Shown here one piece after another: positions 1-8,851 of a stretch of DNA of 44,840 nt. Each line of letters opens with the position of its first letter. Position 1 is the stretch's first letter. The DNA comes from Gammaproteobacteria bacterium (GTDB taxonomy: Bacteria > Pseudomonadota > Gammaproteobacteria > Arenicellales > UBA868). The DNA lies in contig DUBL01000274.1 of assembly GCA_012960345.1 (NCBI GenBank), positions 17,404-62,243 of the forward strand. Direction: 5' to 3'. Under the pieces are notes generated by a model. The model was not told the DNA's origin. It saw only the letters and a list, made by a program, of their open reading frames with translations, and did not search any database. The position numbers and the translations under genes were made by a program.

Positions 1-929
1 AGGGTGAACTGGATGCTGTTGAGCGTGCATTGATCAATAACCTACTCGAGGCAAACGAGACGGAAATTGTAGAGATCATGACGCCGAGGACCCAAACACG
101 CTTTCTTAATGTGGAGATGGGTGTGGAAGAAATGATTGAACATGTTCGCGCCTACCGACATACGCGGGTACCGGTATTTCGTGGCCACCGAGATAACTTG
201 GTGGGTTTTATACATGCCGAAGATATTCTTAATTTGATGGCTGATGGAGTCGAGTTGAGTCGTCTGTCTCCGGAAGACATCATGCATCCGCCCGTGGTAG
301 TGCCATTGACTAAGAAGGTGGATGAGATGTTCGATTTTTTTCGGGAACATAGTGTGCGCGCTGCCGTTTGTTTGAACGAATTTGGTGGCGTGGAAGGGTT
401 TGTCACCATTTATGATGTGTTGACCTACGTATTTGGCGATATCAGCGGAGAATCCCGGGGCGTTCATTTGTATCAGGAGCGTGACCTCAATATCTACGAG
501 GTGCCTGGGGAGATGAGACTCACCGATTTCAACAATCTTACCCATTTTGGTTTGGAAGATCCGAGAATGACAACCATTGGTGGGGTCGCGTTTCGCTATC
601 TCGATAGACTGCCGCGGGTGGGTGACCAGGTGATCATTGAGGGGATGTCTCTGTCTATCCTTGAAATGGATGACCACCGTATCTCGCGCATTCGAGTGGC
701 CCATGCAGTAGCCGAGGAAGCCTTATCAGAACTTGAAGAAGAGGATCGTGCGGCACTGATGTCAGAAACATCTCGAACCGCTGACATGAGTACTGTTGAG
801 GCGTTAAGCCATGGTGCTGATCTATCAAGCGCCCCAGTGGTGAGTGATTCGTCACAGGGGTCATCTGCGGACGAAGTTGATGAAACTATACCGTCTGTAG
901 CAACGCAACGACAGCAGGGGCGAGCATGA
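1..929 (+). CDS. HlyC/CorC (CNNM/TlyC) family transporter, C-terminal part (5'-truncated by window edge): CBS pair + CorC_HlyC domain + acidic/Ser-rich tail
   Basis: Frame 3 is open from nt 3 (GELDAVERAL...), so the TTG at 30 in the ORF track is not the real start. 'EIMTPRT' opens the CBS pair, 'VCLNEFGGVEGFVTIYDV' is the second CBS, and 'GGVAFRYLDRLPRVGDQV' is the CorC_HlyC-type C-domain. About 70 aa of D/E/S-rich tail follow. The stop overlaps the next ATG (ATGA, 926-929). Confidence 0.85.
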   Translation, partial: GELDAVERALINNLLEANETEIVEIMTPRTQTRFLNVEMGVEEMIEHVRAYRHTRVPVFRGHRDNLVGFIHAEDILNLMADGVELSRLSPEDIMHPPVVVPLTKKVDEMFDFFREHSVRAAVCLNEFGGVEGFVTIYDVLTYVFGDISGESRGVHLYQERDLNIYEVPGEMRLTDFNNLTHFGLEDPRMTTIGGVAFRYLDRLPRVGDQVIIEGMSLSILEMDDHRISRIRVAHAVAEEALSELEEEDRAALMSETSRTADMSTVEALSHGADLSSAPVVSDSSQGSSADEVDETIPSVATQRQQGRA

Positions 930-2218
930 TAGAAATGTTATTCATCCTCTTCAGCATGATCGTTTTGCTGGTCCTTAAGGGATTTTTTTCCGGGTCCGAA
1001 ATTGCGCTGGTTAATGCAGATAAGGTCAAGTTAAATGCAATGGCAAATCAGGGTAATCGCGGCGCAAGTTTGGTTTTGCGACAGTTGAGTAACCCGGAAG
1101 TGCTGCTTGGAACCACGTTGATCGGGACCAATATCGCGACAGTGGCGCTGACTACGATGGGTACTTTATTGATGATTCGTCTCGCTGGTAGTTACGGTGA
1201 ATGGTTCGCGATATTGTTATACACGCCACTTTTCCTGATTTTGGGCGAGATTGTTCCGAAGAGCATCTGCCAGCAGCGATCAGACGTACTGGCGCCGGTA
1301 GTGATTTATCCATTGCGTTTGTGCACGCTGATTTTCTACCCATTGGTTTTTGTTTTCTCGCGGGCAGCTCGTGTGGTGGCGCGACTGTTTGGCGCTGGGC
1401 GGATTGAGCAGAATGTATATATGACGCGGGAAAAAATACGTGCCGTGGTGGAAATGGCGGAGAGAACGAGCAATGTTGATGCTTTCGATCGCGGCCGTAT
1501 TCGTCGAGTGATACGATTTGCGGAGACTACCGTTGGTGAGGCAATGATCCCAGTTGGCGAGATAACGGCGATTAACAACAACAAAACGACAAAGCGGGCC
1601 GTGGCGATGGTCAGGGGTCGCGGCTACAACCGGTTGCCTGTGTACCGCCGCAACATTAGTAACATTATCGGTGTCGTGACCATTACCACATGGGACATGA
1701 TGGAACCTGATTTAGTTAACAGGCCGTTGTCAGACTTAATGCAGGTCGCTCTTTATGTGTCCCCGCACCAGACCATTGATCAGTTATTGCCAGTTTTGCG
1801 CAAACGAGACGATCATATGGCGATTGTTGTTGACGAATTCGGGTCTGCCATTGGCATGATCACGATGGAGGATATCCTCGAGGAGGTGGTGGGAGAAATT
1901 GATGTGGGTTATGACTTTGATGAGTACAGCCCGAGAAAGCGGCACCAATTGGAGGAGGTCTCTCCCGGTGTTTATCTCATGGACTCCCGCGTCCCGATCT
2001 CCGAAGCCAACGAGGTGTTAGGGTTAAGTTTGTCTGATCGTGAGGCACACACTGTCGGGGGTCTGGTGACGGCCAGGCTGCGGCGTATACCTGTTCAGGG
2101 TGACAATATCGAGGAGGCGGGTTTTCGAATCACTGTTGATGAGGCAAGTGACCGTGCAGTAGTTCGTTTGCGTGTCGAGTCGGTTATGGTTGCGTTGTCC
2201 GGTCAGCATCCTCGTTAG
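926..2218 (+). CDS. HlyC/CorC (CNNM/TlyC) family transporter, full length (DUF21 TM domain + CBS pair + CorC_HlyC)
   Basis: 430 aa. The N-terminal ~190 aa carry four hydrophobic segments (DUF21-like). The CBS pair shows 'VGEAMIPVGEI' and 'MAIVVDEFGSAIGMITMEDILEEVVGEI'. The C-domain shows 'HTVGGLVTARLRRIPVQGD'. The ATG overlaps the upstream stop. Confidence 0.9.
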   Translation: MIEMLFILFSMIVLLVLKGFFSGSEIALVNADKVKLNAMANQGNRGASLVLRQLSNPEVLLGTTLIGTNIATVALTTMGTLLMIRLAGSYGEWFAILLYTPLFLILGEIVPKSICQQRSDVLAPVVIYPLRLCTLIFYPLVFVFSRAARVVARLFGAGRIEQNVYMTREKIRAVVEMAERTSNVDAFDRGRIRRVIRFAETTVGEAMIPVGEITAINNNKTTKRAVAMVRGRGYNRLPVYRRNISNIIGVVTITTWDMMEPDLVNRPLSDLMQVALYVSPHQTIDQLLPVLRKRDDHMAIVVDEFGSAIGMITMEDILEEVVGEIDVGYDFDEYSPRKRHQLEEVSPGVYLMDSRVPISEANEVLGLSLSDREAHTVGGLVTARLRRIPVQGDNIEEAGFRITVDEASDRAVVRLRVESVMVALSGQHPR

Positions 2219-2260
2219 TGACAAATGGCACTCTTTGGCGTGACTGTTCGAATCGATTGG

Positions 2261-3100
2261 TTAGCGCTCAGCTGAGATGTAACATATCCAGCTGGCGTCG
2301 GCCTCACCCATGTCAGTGGCCGTGAACACGCCATTGCCCTCATTGGATTTTTCGTCAGTGCCCTCCCAGTGAACCAGCACGTGTTCGAAGCCTGCCTCAG
2401 ACAGAAGTTCCTGTAACTCTGGTAGGGTCCATAGCCGCCAGTCGTAGCGAAACGCCTTGCGCATTCGAGAGCCATCCGGGAACGAAAAGTGGATGTAACA
2501 CAGCAGGTTGCCGTTAATCGGGTTGTAGCGCGCTTGGTCCCAGATATAGGTGAAGTTGTCGTATTCGGTAGCTTCTTCTATTTCTCGAAACGACTCGTAG
2601 CCACCATAGACATCGATGAAAAAGATACCGTCATCGCCTAGGGATTCGTGTACTGCATGGAAGTAATGACGCAGTGCATCGCGAGTCTTGAACAACTGAT
2701 AACTAAAATTCATCGCGAGAATGATGTCCATTTGTCGAATATCGCACGAGCATACATCTGCTTGGCGCAGCTCAATACGCTCCCGCGACTTGCTGTCGAG
2801 TCGACCGACGTTGTGCTCCAGTCCCCAGCGCAGGACTGCGGGGTCTAGGTCTACACTGAACGCGCGGTTGTCGTCACGACGCCTTACCCACTCACAGCTG
2901 GTGTTGGCTGTACCGCAAAAATCCTCTCGCAGGAAACGAGCTTGCCGACCACGAAGTTGTTTGAAGGTGTCATCCACCATATCAATTTCGGCCTCAACAC
3001 ACTGTACCGCCTGCTCATAGAGGACGTGCCGGTCGGCGCTCTGAGCGGCGGGCGGAGTGAACGACTTCTTGTTGCCGCGGGAGTGTTTGTTCTTACTCAT
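2261..3100 (-). CDS. class I SAM-dependent methyltransferase, substrate unknown
   Basis: 279 aa with a Rossmann MTase layout: motif-I-like 'FLREDFCGTA', 'DLDPAVL', 'ILAMNFSYQ', 'GIFFIDVYG'. It has a basic N-terminal tail (KNKHSRGNKK). Confidence 0.7.
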   Translation of the reverse strand: MSKNKHSRGNKKSFTPPAAQSADRHVLYEQAVQCVEAEIDMVDDTFKQLRGRQARFLREDFCGTANTSCEWVRRRDDNRAFSVDLDPAVLRWGLEHNVGRLDSKSRERIELRQADVCSCDIRQMDIILAMNFSYQLFKTRDALRHYFHAVHESLGDDGIFFIDVYGGYESFREIEEATEYDNFTYIWDQARYNPINGNLLCYIHFSFPDGSRMRKAFRYDWRLWTLPELQELLSEAGFEHVLVHWEGTDEKSNEGNGVFTATDMGEADASWICYISAER

Positions 3101-3337
3101 AGAAACTTTTCGATCAATGTGGCCAATAATTCAACTGACGGAATACATAAAATACAATTTGTACTTTACGACGATGGAAGTTATGGATCTGAAGTGGATT
3201 GTAGCGTTAGTGGTCGGCTGATCATCGTTATCCCGACCAGTGTATGGTACCTATAATTCTTGACGTTGGCGTTTATTGTAGAGTGGCCCCAGTGCTGGTC
3301 TGAATGGCCTATACCAGAATGAACACAGGATGAGACT

Positions 3338-4225
3338 ATGACAGATGGCAGCAAAGCACGAATTGGGGTAATCGGAGGATCGGGGGTTTACGAAATTGAT
3401 GGTCTTAGTGACACGCGTTGGATCGAGAGCACTTCCCCTTACGGTACGCCATCGGACGCACTTCTACACGGTCGCCTTGATGAGGTTGAGTTGGTATTTC
3501 TTCCGCGCCATGGGCGCGGCCATTGCCATTCACCCACGAGCATCAATTATCGGGCCAATATCGACGTCTTGAAACGGGCCGGCGTGACGGACATCATCTC
3601 GCTTTCTGCTTGCGGTTCGTTTCGCGATGAACTATCGCCAGGGACTTTTGTGTTGGTCGATCAATTTATTGATAGAACGTTTGCTCGAGAGAAGAGTTTT
3701 TTTGGACCCGGCTTGGTGGCCCACGTTTCGATGGCCCACCCGGTCTGCGCTCGATTGGGTGATGCACTTGAAGGTGTCGCCAGTGAGATTGGCATTGGTG
3801 CAGTCCGCAACGGAACTTATCTGGCGATGGAGGGGCCGCAGTTTTCAACTCTGGCGGAGTCAAACCTTTATCGGACATGGGGCTGTGACGTGATCGGTAT
3901 GACCAACATGCCAGAGGCTAAGCTCGCGCGTGAAGCAGAAATGTGTTACGCCACAGTCGCCATGGTCACTGACTATGATTGCTGGCATCCAGACCACGTC
4001 AACGTCGAGGTGACCGATGTTATTCGGGTGTTGACAGAGAATGGCGATCGGGCTCGCGAACTCGTTAAGACTGTTGCGGGTCGTCTGCACCATCGGCCAC
4101 TCGCCTGTCCCCATGGCTGTGATCGGGCGCTAGACGCGGCGTTGATTACCCAGCCAGAGGCGCGTGATCCGGCAATGATGCGCCAGTTGGGTGCCGTGGC
4201 GGGCAGGGTGTTACCTGTCCCGTGA
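3338..4225 (+). CDS. mtnP: S-methyl-5'-thioadenosine (or methylthioinosine) phosphorylase
   Basis: 295 aa with hallmark MTAP motifs 'IGVIGGSGVYEIDGL', 'FLPRHGRGH', 'ISLSACGS', 'GMTNMPEAKLAREAE'. SD-like AGGATGAG lies upstream of ATG 3338. Confidence 0.9.
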   Translation: MTDGSKARIGVIGGSGVYEIDGLSDTRWIESTSPYGTPSDALLHGRLDEVELVFLPRHGRGHCHSPTSINYRANIDVLKRAGVTDIISLSACGSFRDELSPGTFVLVDQFIDRTFAREKSFFGPGLVAHVSMAHPVCARLGDALEGVASEIGIGAVRNGTYLAMEGPQFSTLAESNLYRTWGCDVIGMTNMPEAKLAREAEMCYATVAMVTDYDCWHPDHVNVEVTDVIRVLTENGDRARELVKTVAGRLHHRPLACPHGCDRALDAALITQPEARDPAMMRQLGAVAGRVLPVP

Positions 4226-4254
4226 ACAGGCTGGGCGGTCGTGGGGTGAAGGTG

Positions 4255-4830
4255 TCAGAGTGCCATGCGCCCGAAGTCGAGGAGAGGCTGCACGATTAGC
4301 TTCATGGCCAGCATCAGGACGATGAAAACGGCGATCGGGGACAGGTCAAGTCCCGCTGAGCTTGGCAATATGCGCCGAGCGGGCCTAAGTACCGATTCGG
4401 TAAACGTGTACACTAATTTCGCCAGCGGAGGATATCCGGCGCCGGCAAACCAGCTCATGATCGCCCGGGCAAACAGCGCGGTCACGAGAATGTATATCGC
4501 CATTTTAAGTAACTCCCCAACTGCCAGCGTAACCAGCCCGATCAGTGTTGGCGAATGCCCGAGGAGGAAGGTTTTCAGCCCGATCTCTAACAACTGAAGG
4601 CACAGAAGCAGGATCAAGGTGGGCGCATCCAGCGCGCCAAACGATGGAATCAACCGGCGCAGCCAAGCCAGTGGCGGGTTGGTCGCCTTGACCAGGAACT
4701 GTGAAACAGGATTGTAGAAGTCGGCTCGCGTTAGTTGAAGTAAGTAACGTAGGAGTACAACTAATACGTAAAGCCCAACGAATATATCGATCAGGAAGAA
4801 CCCTGCATCGTTAGCGTAACCTGAACCCAT
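4255..4830 (-). CDS. yggT: YggT family membrane protein
   Basis: 191 aa, multi-pass hydrophobic with a duplicated YGGT-type repeat. It sits in the conserved position directly downstream of proC and yggS. Confidence 0.85.
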   Translation of the reverse strand: MGSGYANDAGFFLIDIFVGLYVLVVLLRYLLQLTRADFYNPVSQFLVKATNPPLAWLRRLIPSFGALDAPTLILLLCLQLLEIGLKTFLLGHSPTLIGLVTLAVGELLKMAIYILVTALFARAIMSWFAGAGYPPLAKLVYTFTESVLRPARRILPSSAGLDLSPIAVFIVLMLAMKLIVQPLLDFGRMAL

Positions 4831-4833
4831 CGA

Positions 4834-5658
4834 TTAGTCCTCTTTCCCAAGTTGCGCGAGTTCTTCGGAACGAATACGTGCTGCCTCTACTGCCCGTTGA
4901 ATGGTCTCGCTCGCCCCAGCAGATTCAAGAAACTGAATGGCCCGTTCCGTGGTGCCACCGGGCGAAGTGACGCGGCGCCGCAGCTCTGCCACAGGTTCAT
5001 CGCTTGCAATGGCAAGTTTTGCCGCGCCAAGCGCGGTCTGCAGGGTCAAGTGACGGGCGATATCAGGCGTAAGGCCCCCCGCCAGTCCGGCAGCTTCGAT
5101 AGCCTCCATTAGATAAAAGAAATACGCGGGGCCGCTGCCCGAGACGGCTGTGACAGTGTCAATCAGCGCTTCACGGGAAACCCAGACACTCACACCGACC
5201 GCTTGCATTATGGATTGCGCGACTTCGCGTTGTGTGTTGCTGACCGCTTCGTTGGCAAACAGTCCAGAGGCCCCTGCGCCAACCAGCGCTGGGGTATTGG
5301 GCATGACACGAACAATGGCCGGTTGCCCCCCGATCCACGTCGTCATGCTGTCAATCGTAACGCCGGCAGCAATCGAGATAAGGAGTGGCTGGCGCTCACG
5401 TAGGGTAGGGCCAAGTGGAAGCAGGGCCTCGCGCATGACCTGTGGTTTTACCGCCAACACCAGCACATCGGCAATCTCTGCCACGGTTGTGTTGTCATCA
5501 CAGGTGCGAACCTTGAACTGCTCGGTTAGCCGCTGACGTTGCGCAGCATCAGGATCGGAAGCAAGGATTGATTCTGGGGCAGTGCCCGAATCGACCAGTC
5601 CGCCGATAAGGCTGCGGGCCATGTTGCCGCTGCCAATGAACGCGGTGATTGATGTCAT
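4834..5658 (-). CDS. proC: pyrroline-5-carboxylate reductase
   Basis: 274 aa. 'ITAFIGSGNMARSLIGGL' is the NADP Rossmann and 'VTSPGGTTERAI' is the P5CR signature. Confidence 0.93.
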   Translation of the reverse strand: MTSITAFIGSGNMARSLIGGLVDSGTAPESILASDPDAAQRQRLTEQFKVRTCDDNTTVAEIADVLVLAVKPQVMREALLPLGPTLRERQPLLISIAAGVTIDSMTTWIGGQPAIVRVMPNTPALVGAGASGLFANEAVSNTQREVAQSIMQAVGVSVWVSREALIDTVTAVSGSGPAYFFYLMEAIEAAGLAGGLTPDIARHLTLQTALGAAKLAIASDEPVAELRRRVTSPGGTTERAIQFLESAGASETIQRAVEAARIRSEELAQLGKED

Positions 5659-5694
5659 GATCAGGCCTCTTGTATGTGTGTCATATTCATTGGG

Positions 5695-6441
5695 TTATTG
5701 ATGCCTTGGTCGGCGCGCACCGAAAATCGCTGTACCGATGCGAACATGGGTCGCACCCTCTGCAATGGCGGCTTCTAGATCGTCCGTCATGCCCATCGAC
5801 AAGCAGTCGATTGGATAGTCTTGATCGATCAGTTCATCACGAATGTCCCGCAAACGGGAAAATATTTGTCGTTGATGATCAAAGTCATTCGAGGGGCTTG
5901 GAATGGCCATCAGGCCACGAAGTCGTAGCCGGGGTTGATCGGCAATTGCGGTAGCGAGTGGCATTACATGTTGGGGTGGGGCCCCCGATTTGGATGCTTC
6001 ACCTTCGAGGTTTACTTGAATTAGCACATTGAGCGCCGGGTGGTCTTCAGGTCTTAGGCTGGCGAGTCGCTGCGCAGTTTTGATGCGATCGACGCTGTGC
6101 ACCCAGTTGAAATGAGTGGCAATAAGACGACACTTATTGTTTTGGATGTGACCAATGAAATGCCAAACGAGTGATTTATCCCCGAGTTTCGCTATCTTGT
6201 CGATTGCTTCTTGCAAGTGATTTTCGCCAAAGGCTGATTGTCCAAAGGAGTGAACCGCTTCGATCGCAATGACCGGTTGGGTCTTACTCACAGCGATCAG
6301 AGAAACGCTGCCATTTTCTCGGCCATAGCGGCGCTCGGCTTCACGAATACGTTCAAGAACACTCTGATAACGGCCCGCTAGCGCATTGTTGTCGGCGGGC
6401 ACATCACGGGTCTTTGTTAAGGGGGTCGCGCTCACGACCAA
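5695..6441 (-). CDS. yggS: YggS-family pyridoxal-phosphate homeostasis protein
   Basis: 248 aa with 'SLIAVSKTQP' (PLP Lys), 'WHFIGHIQNNK', 'LSMGMTDDLEAAI' and 'VRIGTAIFG'. Confidence 0.92.
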   Translation of the reverse strand: MVVSATPLTKTRDVPADNNALAGRYQSVLERIREAERRYGRENGSVSLIAVSKTQPVIAIEAVHSFGQSAFGENHLQEAIDKIAKLGDKSLVWHFIGHIQNNKCRLIATHFNWVHSVDRIKTAQRLASLRPEDHPALNVLIQVNLEGEASKSGAPPQHVMPLATAIADQPRLRLRGLMAIPSPSNDFDHQRQIFSRLRDIRDELIDQDYPIDCLSMGMTDDLEAAIAEGATHVRIGTAIFGARRPRHQ

Positions 6442-6581
6442 TCGTTCTCCTTAGAATAGGAAACGGTTTTAGAAACGTGTTACTGTCAATCGTTGTTGAA
6501 GCTGGCACGTCCATTATATGTTAGACCGACGGTCATTCGGCGCGAGCCTTGGTTTTTTCACTTTACTGGGAAGAGTTCGAA

Positions 6582-7619
6582 ATGGAACTGACTGAACTGC
6601 TGGCATTTGCTGTAAAAAATGGCGCTTCTGACATTCATTTGACGGCAGGACTGCCACCAATGATTCGGATCGATGGAGATATTAAACGAGTCAAGGTAGA
6701 TGCCCTGGATGCAGCTTTTGTTCGAGAAATGGTTACGGGTATCATGACTGAAGAGCAGAAAGCAGAATTCGAAGAGCACTGGGAATGTGACTTTGCTTTC
6801 GAGATTCCAAATCTCTCGAGATTTCGGGTTAATGCTTATAACCAGAAACGTGGTGTGGGAGCGGCGTTTAGAACGGTGCCGACCAAGATACTGACACTTG
6901 AGGATCTGGGTGCCCCGCAGGTGTTGAGAACCATGGCGGACAACGTGCGCGGGCTGGTGGTAGTAACGGGACCGACAGGCTCTGGGAAATCAACCACGAT
7001 GGCGGGTATGATCAATTACGTGAACGAAAATCAACACGGCCACATATTGACTATCGAAGATCCCGTCGAGTTTGTCCATGAAAGCAAGAACTGCCTGATT
7101 AATCACCGTGAGGTGGGGTTGCATACACACGGGTTTGCCAAAGCGCTTAAGTCAGCGCTGCGGGAAGATCCTGACATTATTCTGGTGGGAGAAATGCGTG
7201 ATGAAGAAACCATCAGTCTGGCACTTACTGCAGCGGAAACTGGTCACTTGGTGTTTGGAACTTTGCACACGTCTTCCGCTGCCAAGACCATCGATCGAAT
7301 CATCGATGTTTTTTCAGCGGGTGAACAAGGCATGGTGCGGGCGATGTTGTCCGAGTCCTTGCAGGGTGTGGTCGCACAACGACTGTTGAAAAAGAAGGGT
7401 GGTGGTCGCTGCGCGGCCTACGAGATTCTTGTTGGCACGGGCGCGATTCGAAATCTTATTCGTGAGGCCAAGGTGCCGCAGATTTACGGCATGCTGCAAA
7501 CTGGACGAGAACACGGCATGACGACCATGGATCAGTCGTTGCTGGAACTGATACAGCGGAATGTCATTGATGCGGAGACAGCACGACCATTGGCGGTTGA
7601 TCCAAGCAAATTTAACTAG
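6582..7619 (+). CDS. pilT: type IV pilus retraction ATPase PilT
   Basis: Walker A 'GPTGSGKSTT', 'ILTIEDPVEF', 'ILVGEMRD', His box 'GHLVFGTLHT' and PilT-type 'AIRNLIREAK'. The ORF-track start at 6549 is a TTG. I prefer ATG 6582 ('MELTELLAF'), which is preceded by GGGAAGAG. Confidence 0.92.
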   Translation: MELTELLAFAVKNGASDIHLTAGLPPMIRIDGDIKRVKVDALDAAFVREMVTGIMTEEQKAEFEEHWECDFAFEIPNLSRFRVNAYNQKRGVGAAFRTVPTKILTLEDLGAPQVLRTMADNVRGLVVVTGPTGSGKSTTMAGMINYVNENQHGHILTIEDPVEFVHESKNCLINHREVGLHTHGFAKALKSALREDPDIILVGEMRDEETISLALTAAETGHLVFGTLHTSSAAKTIDRIIDVFSAGEQGMVRAMLSESLQGVVAQRLLKKKGGGRCAAYEILVGTGAIRNLIREAKVPQIYGMLQTGREHGMTTMDQSLLELIQRNVIDAETARPLAVDPSKFN

Positions 7620-7675
7620 TTTGAATTGACGAATATCTGATGAACAATTATCGATCAGGCCGAGGAGAACATTAG

Positions 7676-8803
7676 ATGGAATTGCTCGATTTGCTGCATA
7701 TGGCAATTGACAAAAAGGCATCCGATGTCTTTATTTCGGTTGGTACGCCACCCAGCCTGAAAATTGATGGACAAATTCTTCCGTTAAAGGTAGATCCTTT
7801 GACGCACGAGTCTGCTCGAGAAATGGCGTTTTCCGTCATGACGGAGCGGCAGAAAAAAGAGTATGAAGAAAAAAAGGACTGCAACTTTGCATTAGTGCCA
7901 CCGTCGTTCCCTGGTAGGTTTCGGATGAATGTTTTTCAACAGCAAGGTATGGTGGGGTTGGTTGGACGTCGTATCTCCGACGAGATTCCAAACTTTGCTG
8001 ATTTACGGTTACCGGCGGCACCGATGGAAAAAATTTCGCTCGCCAAACGTGGACTGGTGCTGTTCGTCGGTGGCACCGGTAGTGGAAAATCGACCAGTCA
8101 AGCCGCTTGTATTAATTATCGGAACCAGCACACTCGCGGCCACATCATCACGATAGAGGATCCTGTGGAGTACACCCATTCGCCTAAACACTGCATCATT
8201 ACTCAACGCGAGGTGGGTATCGATACTGCGTCATTCAGCTCGGCCCTTGAAAACGCAATGCGGCAGTCACCCGACGTAATCCAAATCGGCGAGATTCGGA
8301 CGTCGGAAACCATGGAGAGTGCCCTGTCTTTTGCTGAAACAGGCCATCTTTGTCTGGCCACCTTACATGCTAACAATGCTTATCAAGCAGTGGAGCGCAT
8401 GTCTAATCTTTATCCTGACACAAACCGCGAACAGGTCATGATGGGTATCAGTCTTAATTTACGTGCGATTATCTCGCAGCGACTCATCCCACTTGCCGAG
8501 AAAGGGGCCGGACGTGTGGCAGCCGTGGAAGTTATGATATGTACCACGTTTGTGCGTGATCTGATCATGAAGGGAGAAATCGATCGACTTGCCGAAGCGA
8601 TCGAAGGCTCCTCAGAAAGCGGCATGCAGACGTTTGACCAGTCCTTGTTTGGCTTGCATGAAGCAGACTTAATTACACGCGATGATGCTTTGCGCAATGC
8701 AGAGTCAGCGTCAAATCTTGGACTGCGATTTAAACTCGAAGGTAAAGACGCGCAGGCGGCGAAAAATCTCGGCTCGACCTTTGAAAACGTCGAGGTGGGT
8801 TAA
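7676..8803 (+). CDS. pilU: type IV pilus ATPase PilU (PilT paralogue)
   Basis: 'GGTGSGKSTS', 'IITIEDPVEY', 'IQIGEIRT', 'GHLCLATLHA'. It lies directly downstream of pilT, with SD GAGGAG before the ATG. Confidence 0.9.
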   Translation: MELLDLLHMAIDKKASDVFISVGTPPSLKIDGQILPLKVDPLTHESAREMAFSVMTERQKKEYEEKKDCNFALVPPSFPGRFRMNVFQQQGMVGLVGRRISDEIPNFADLRLPAAPMEKISLAKRGLVLFVGGTGSGKSTSQAACINYRNQHTRGHIITIEDPVEYTHSPKHCIITQREVGIDTASFSSALENAMRQSPDVIQIGEIRTSETMESALSFAETGHLCLATLHANNAYQAVERMSNLYPDTNREQVMMGISLNLRAIISQRLIPLAEKGAGRVAAVEVMICTTFVRDLIMKGEIDRLAEAIEGSSESGMQTFDQSLFGLHEADLITRDDALRNAESASNLGLRFKLEGKDAQAAKNLGSTFENVEVG

Positions 8804-8851
8804 CGAGTTAGATTGAGACGGTCGTCACGTTTCCAACCACGGGATCGGGCG

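Noticed and set aside
42-704. Long antisense or alternative-frame ORFs throughout the window, e.g. 42-704(-), 10669-11304(-), 16614-17285(-), 18468-19088(-), 19069-19668(-), 22081-22545(-), 22813-23388(-), 26706-27173(-), 33391-33957(+), 40682-41197(-).
   Set aside because: Each lies entirely inside a strongly motif-supported gene on the other strand or frame. Their translations are low-complexity and R/S/P/G-rich, as expected for shadow ORFs in moderately GC-rich coding DNA, and none shows a recognisable motif.
6503-6517. Sigma-54-like TGGCAC-N5-TTAT upstream of pilT.
   Set aside because: The -24 GG element fits, but the -12 element lacks the conserved GC (TTAT instead of TTGC). This is too weak to call.
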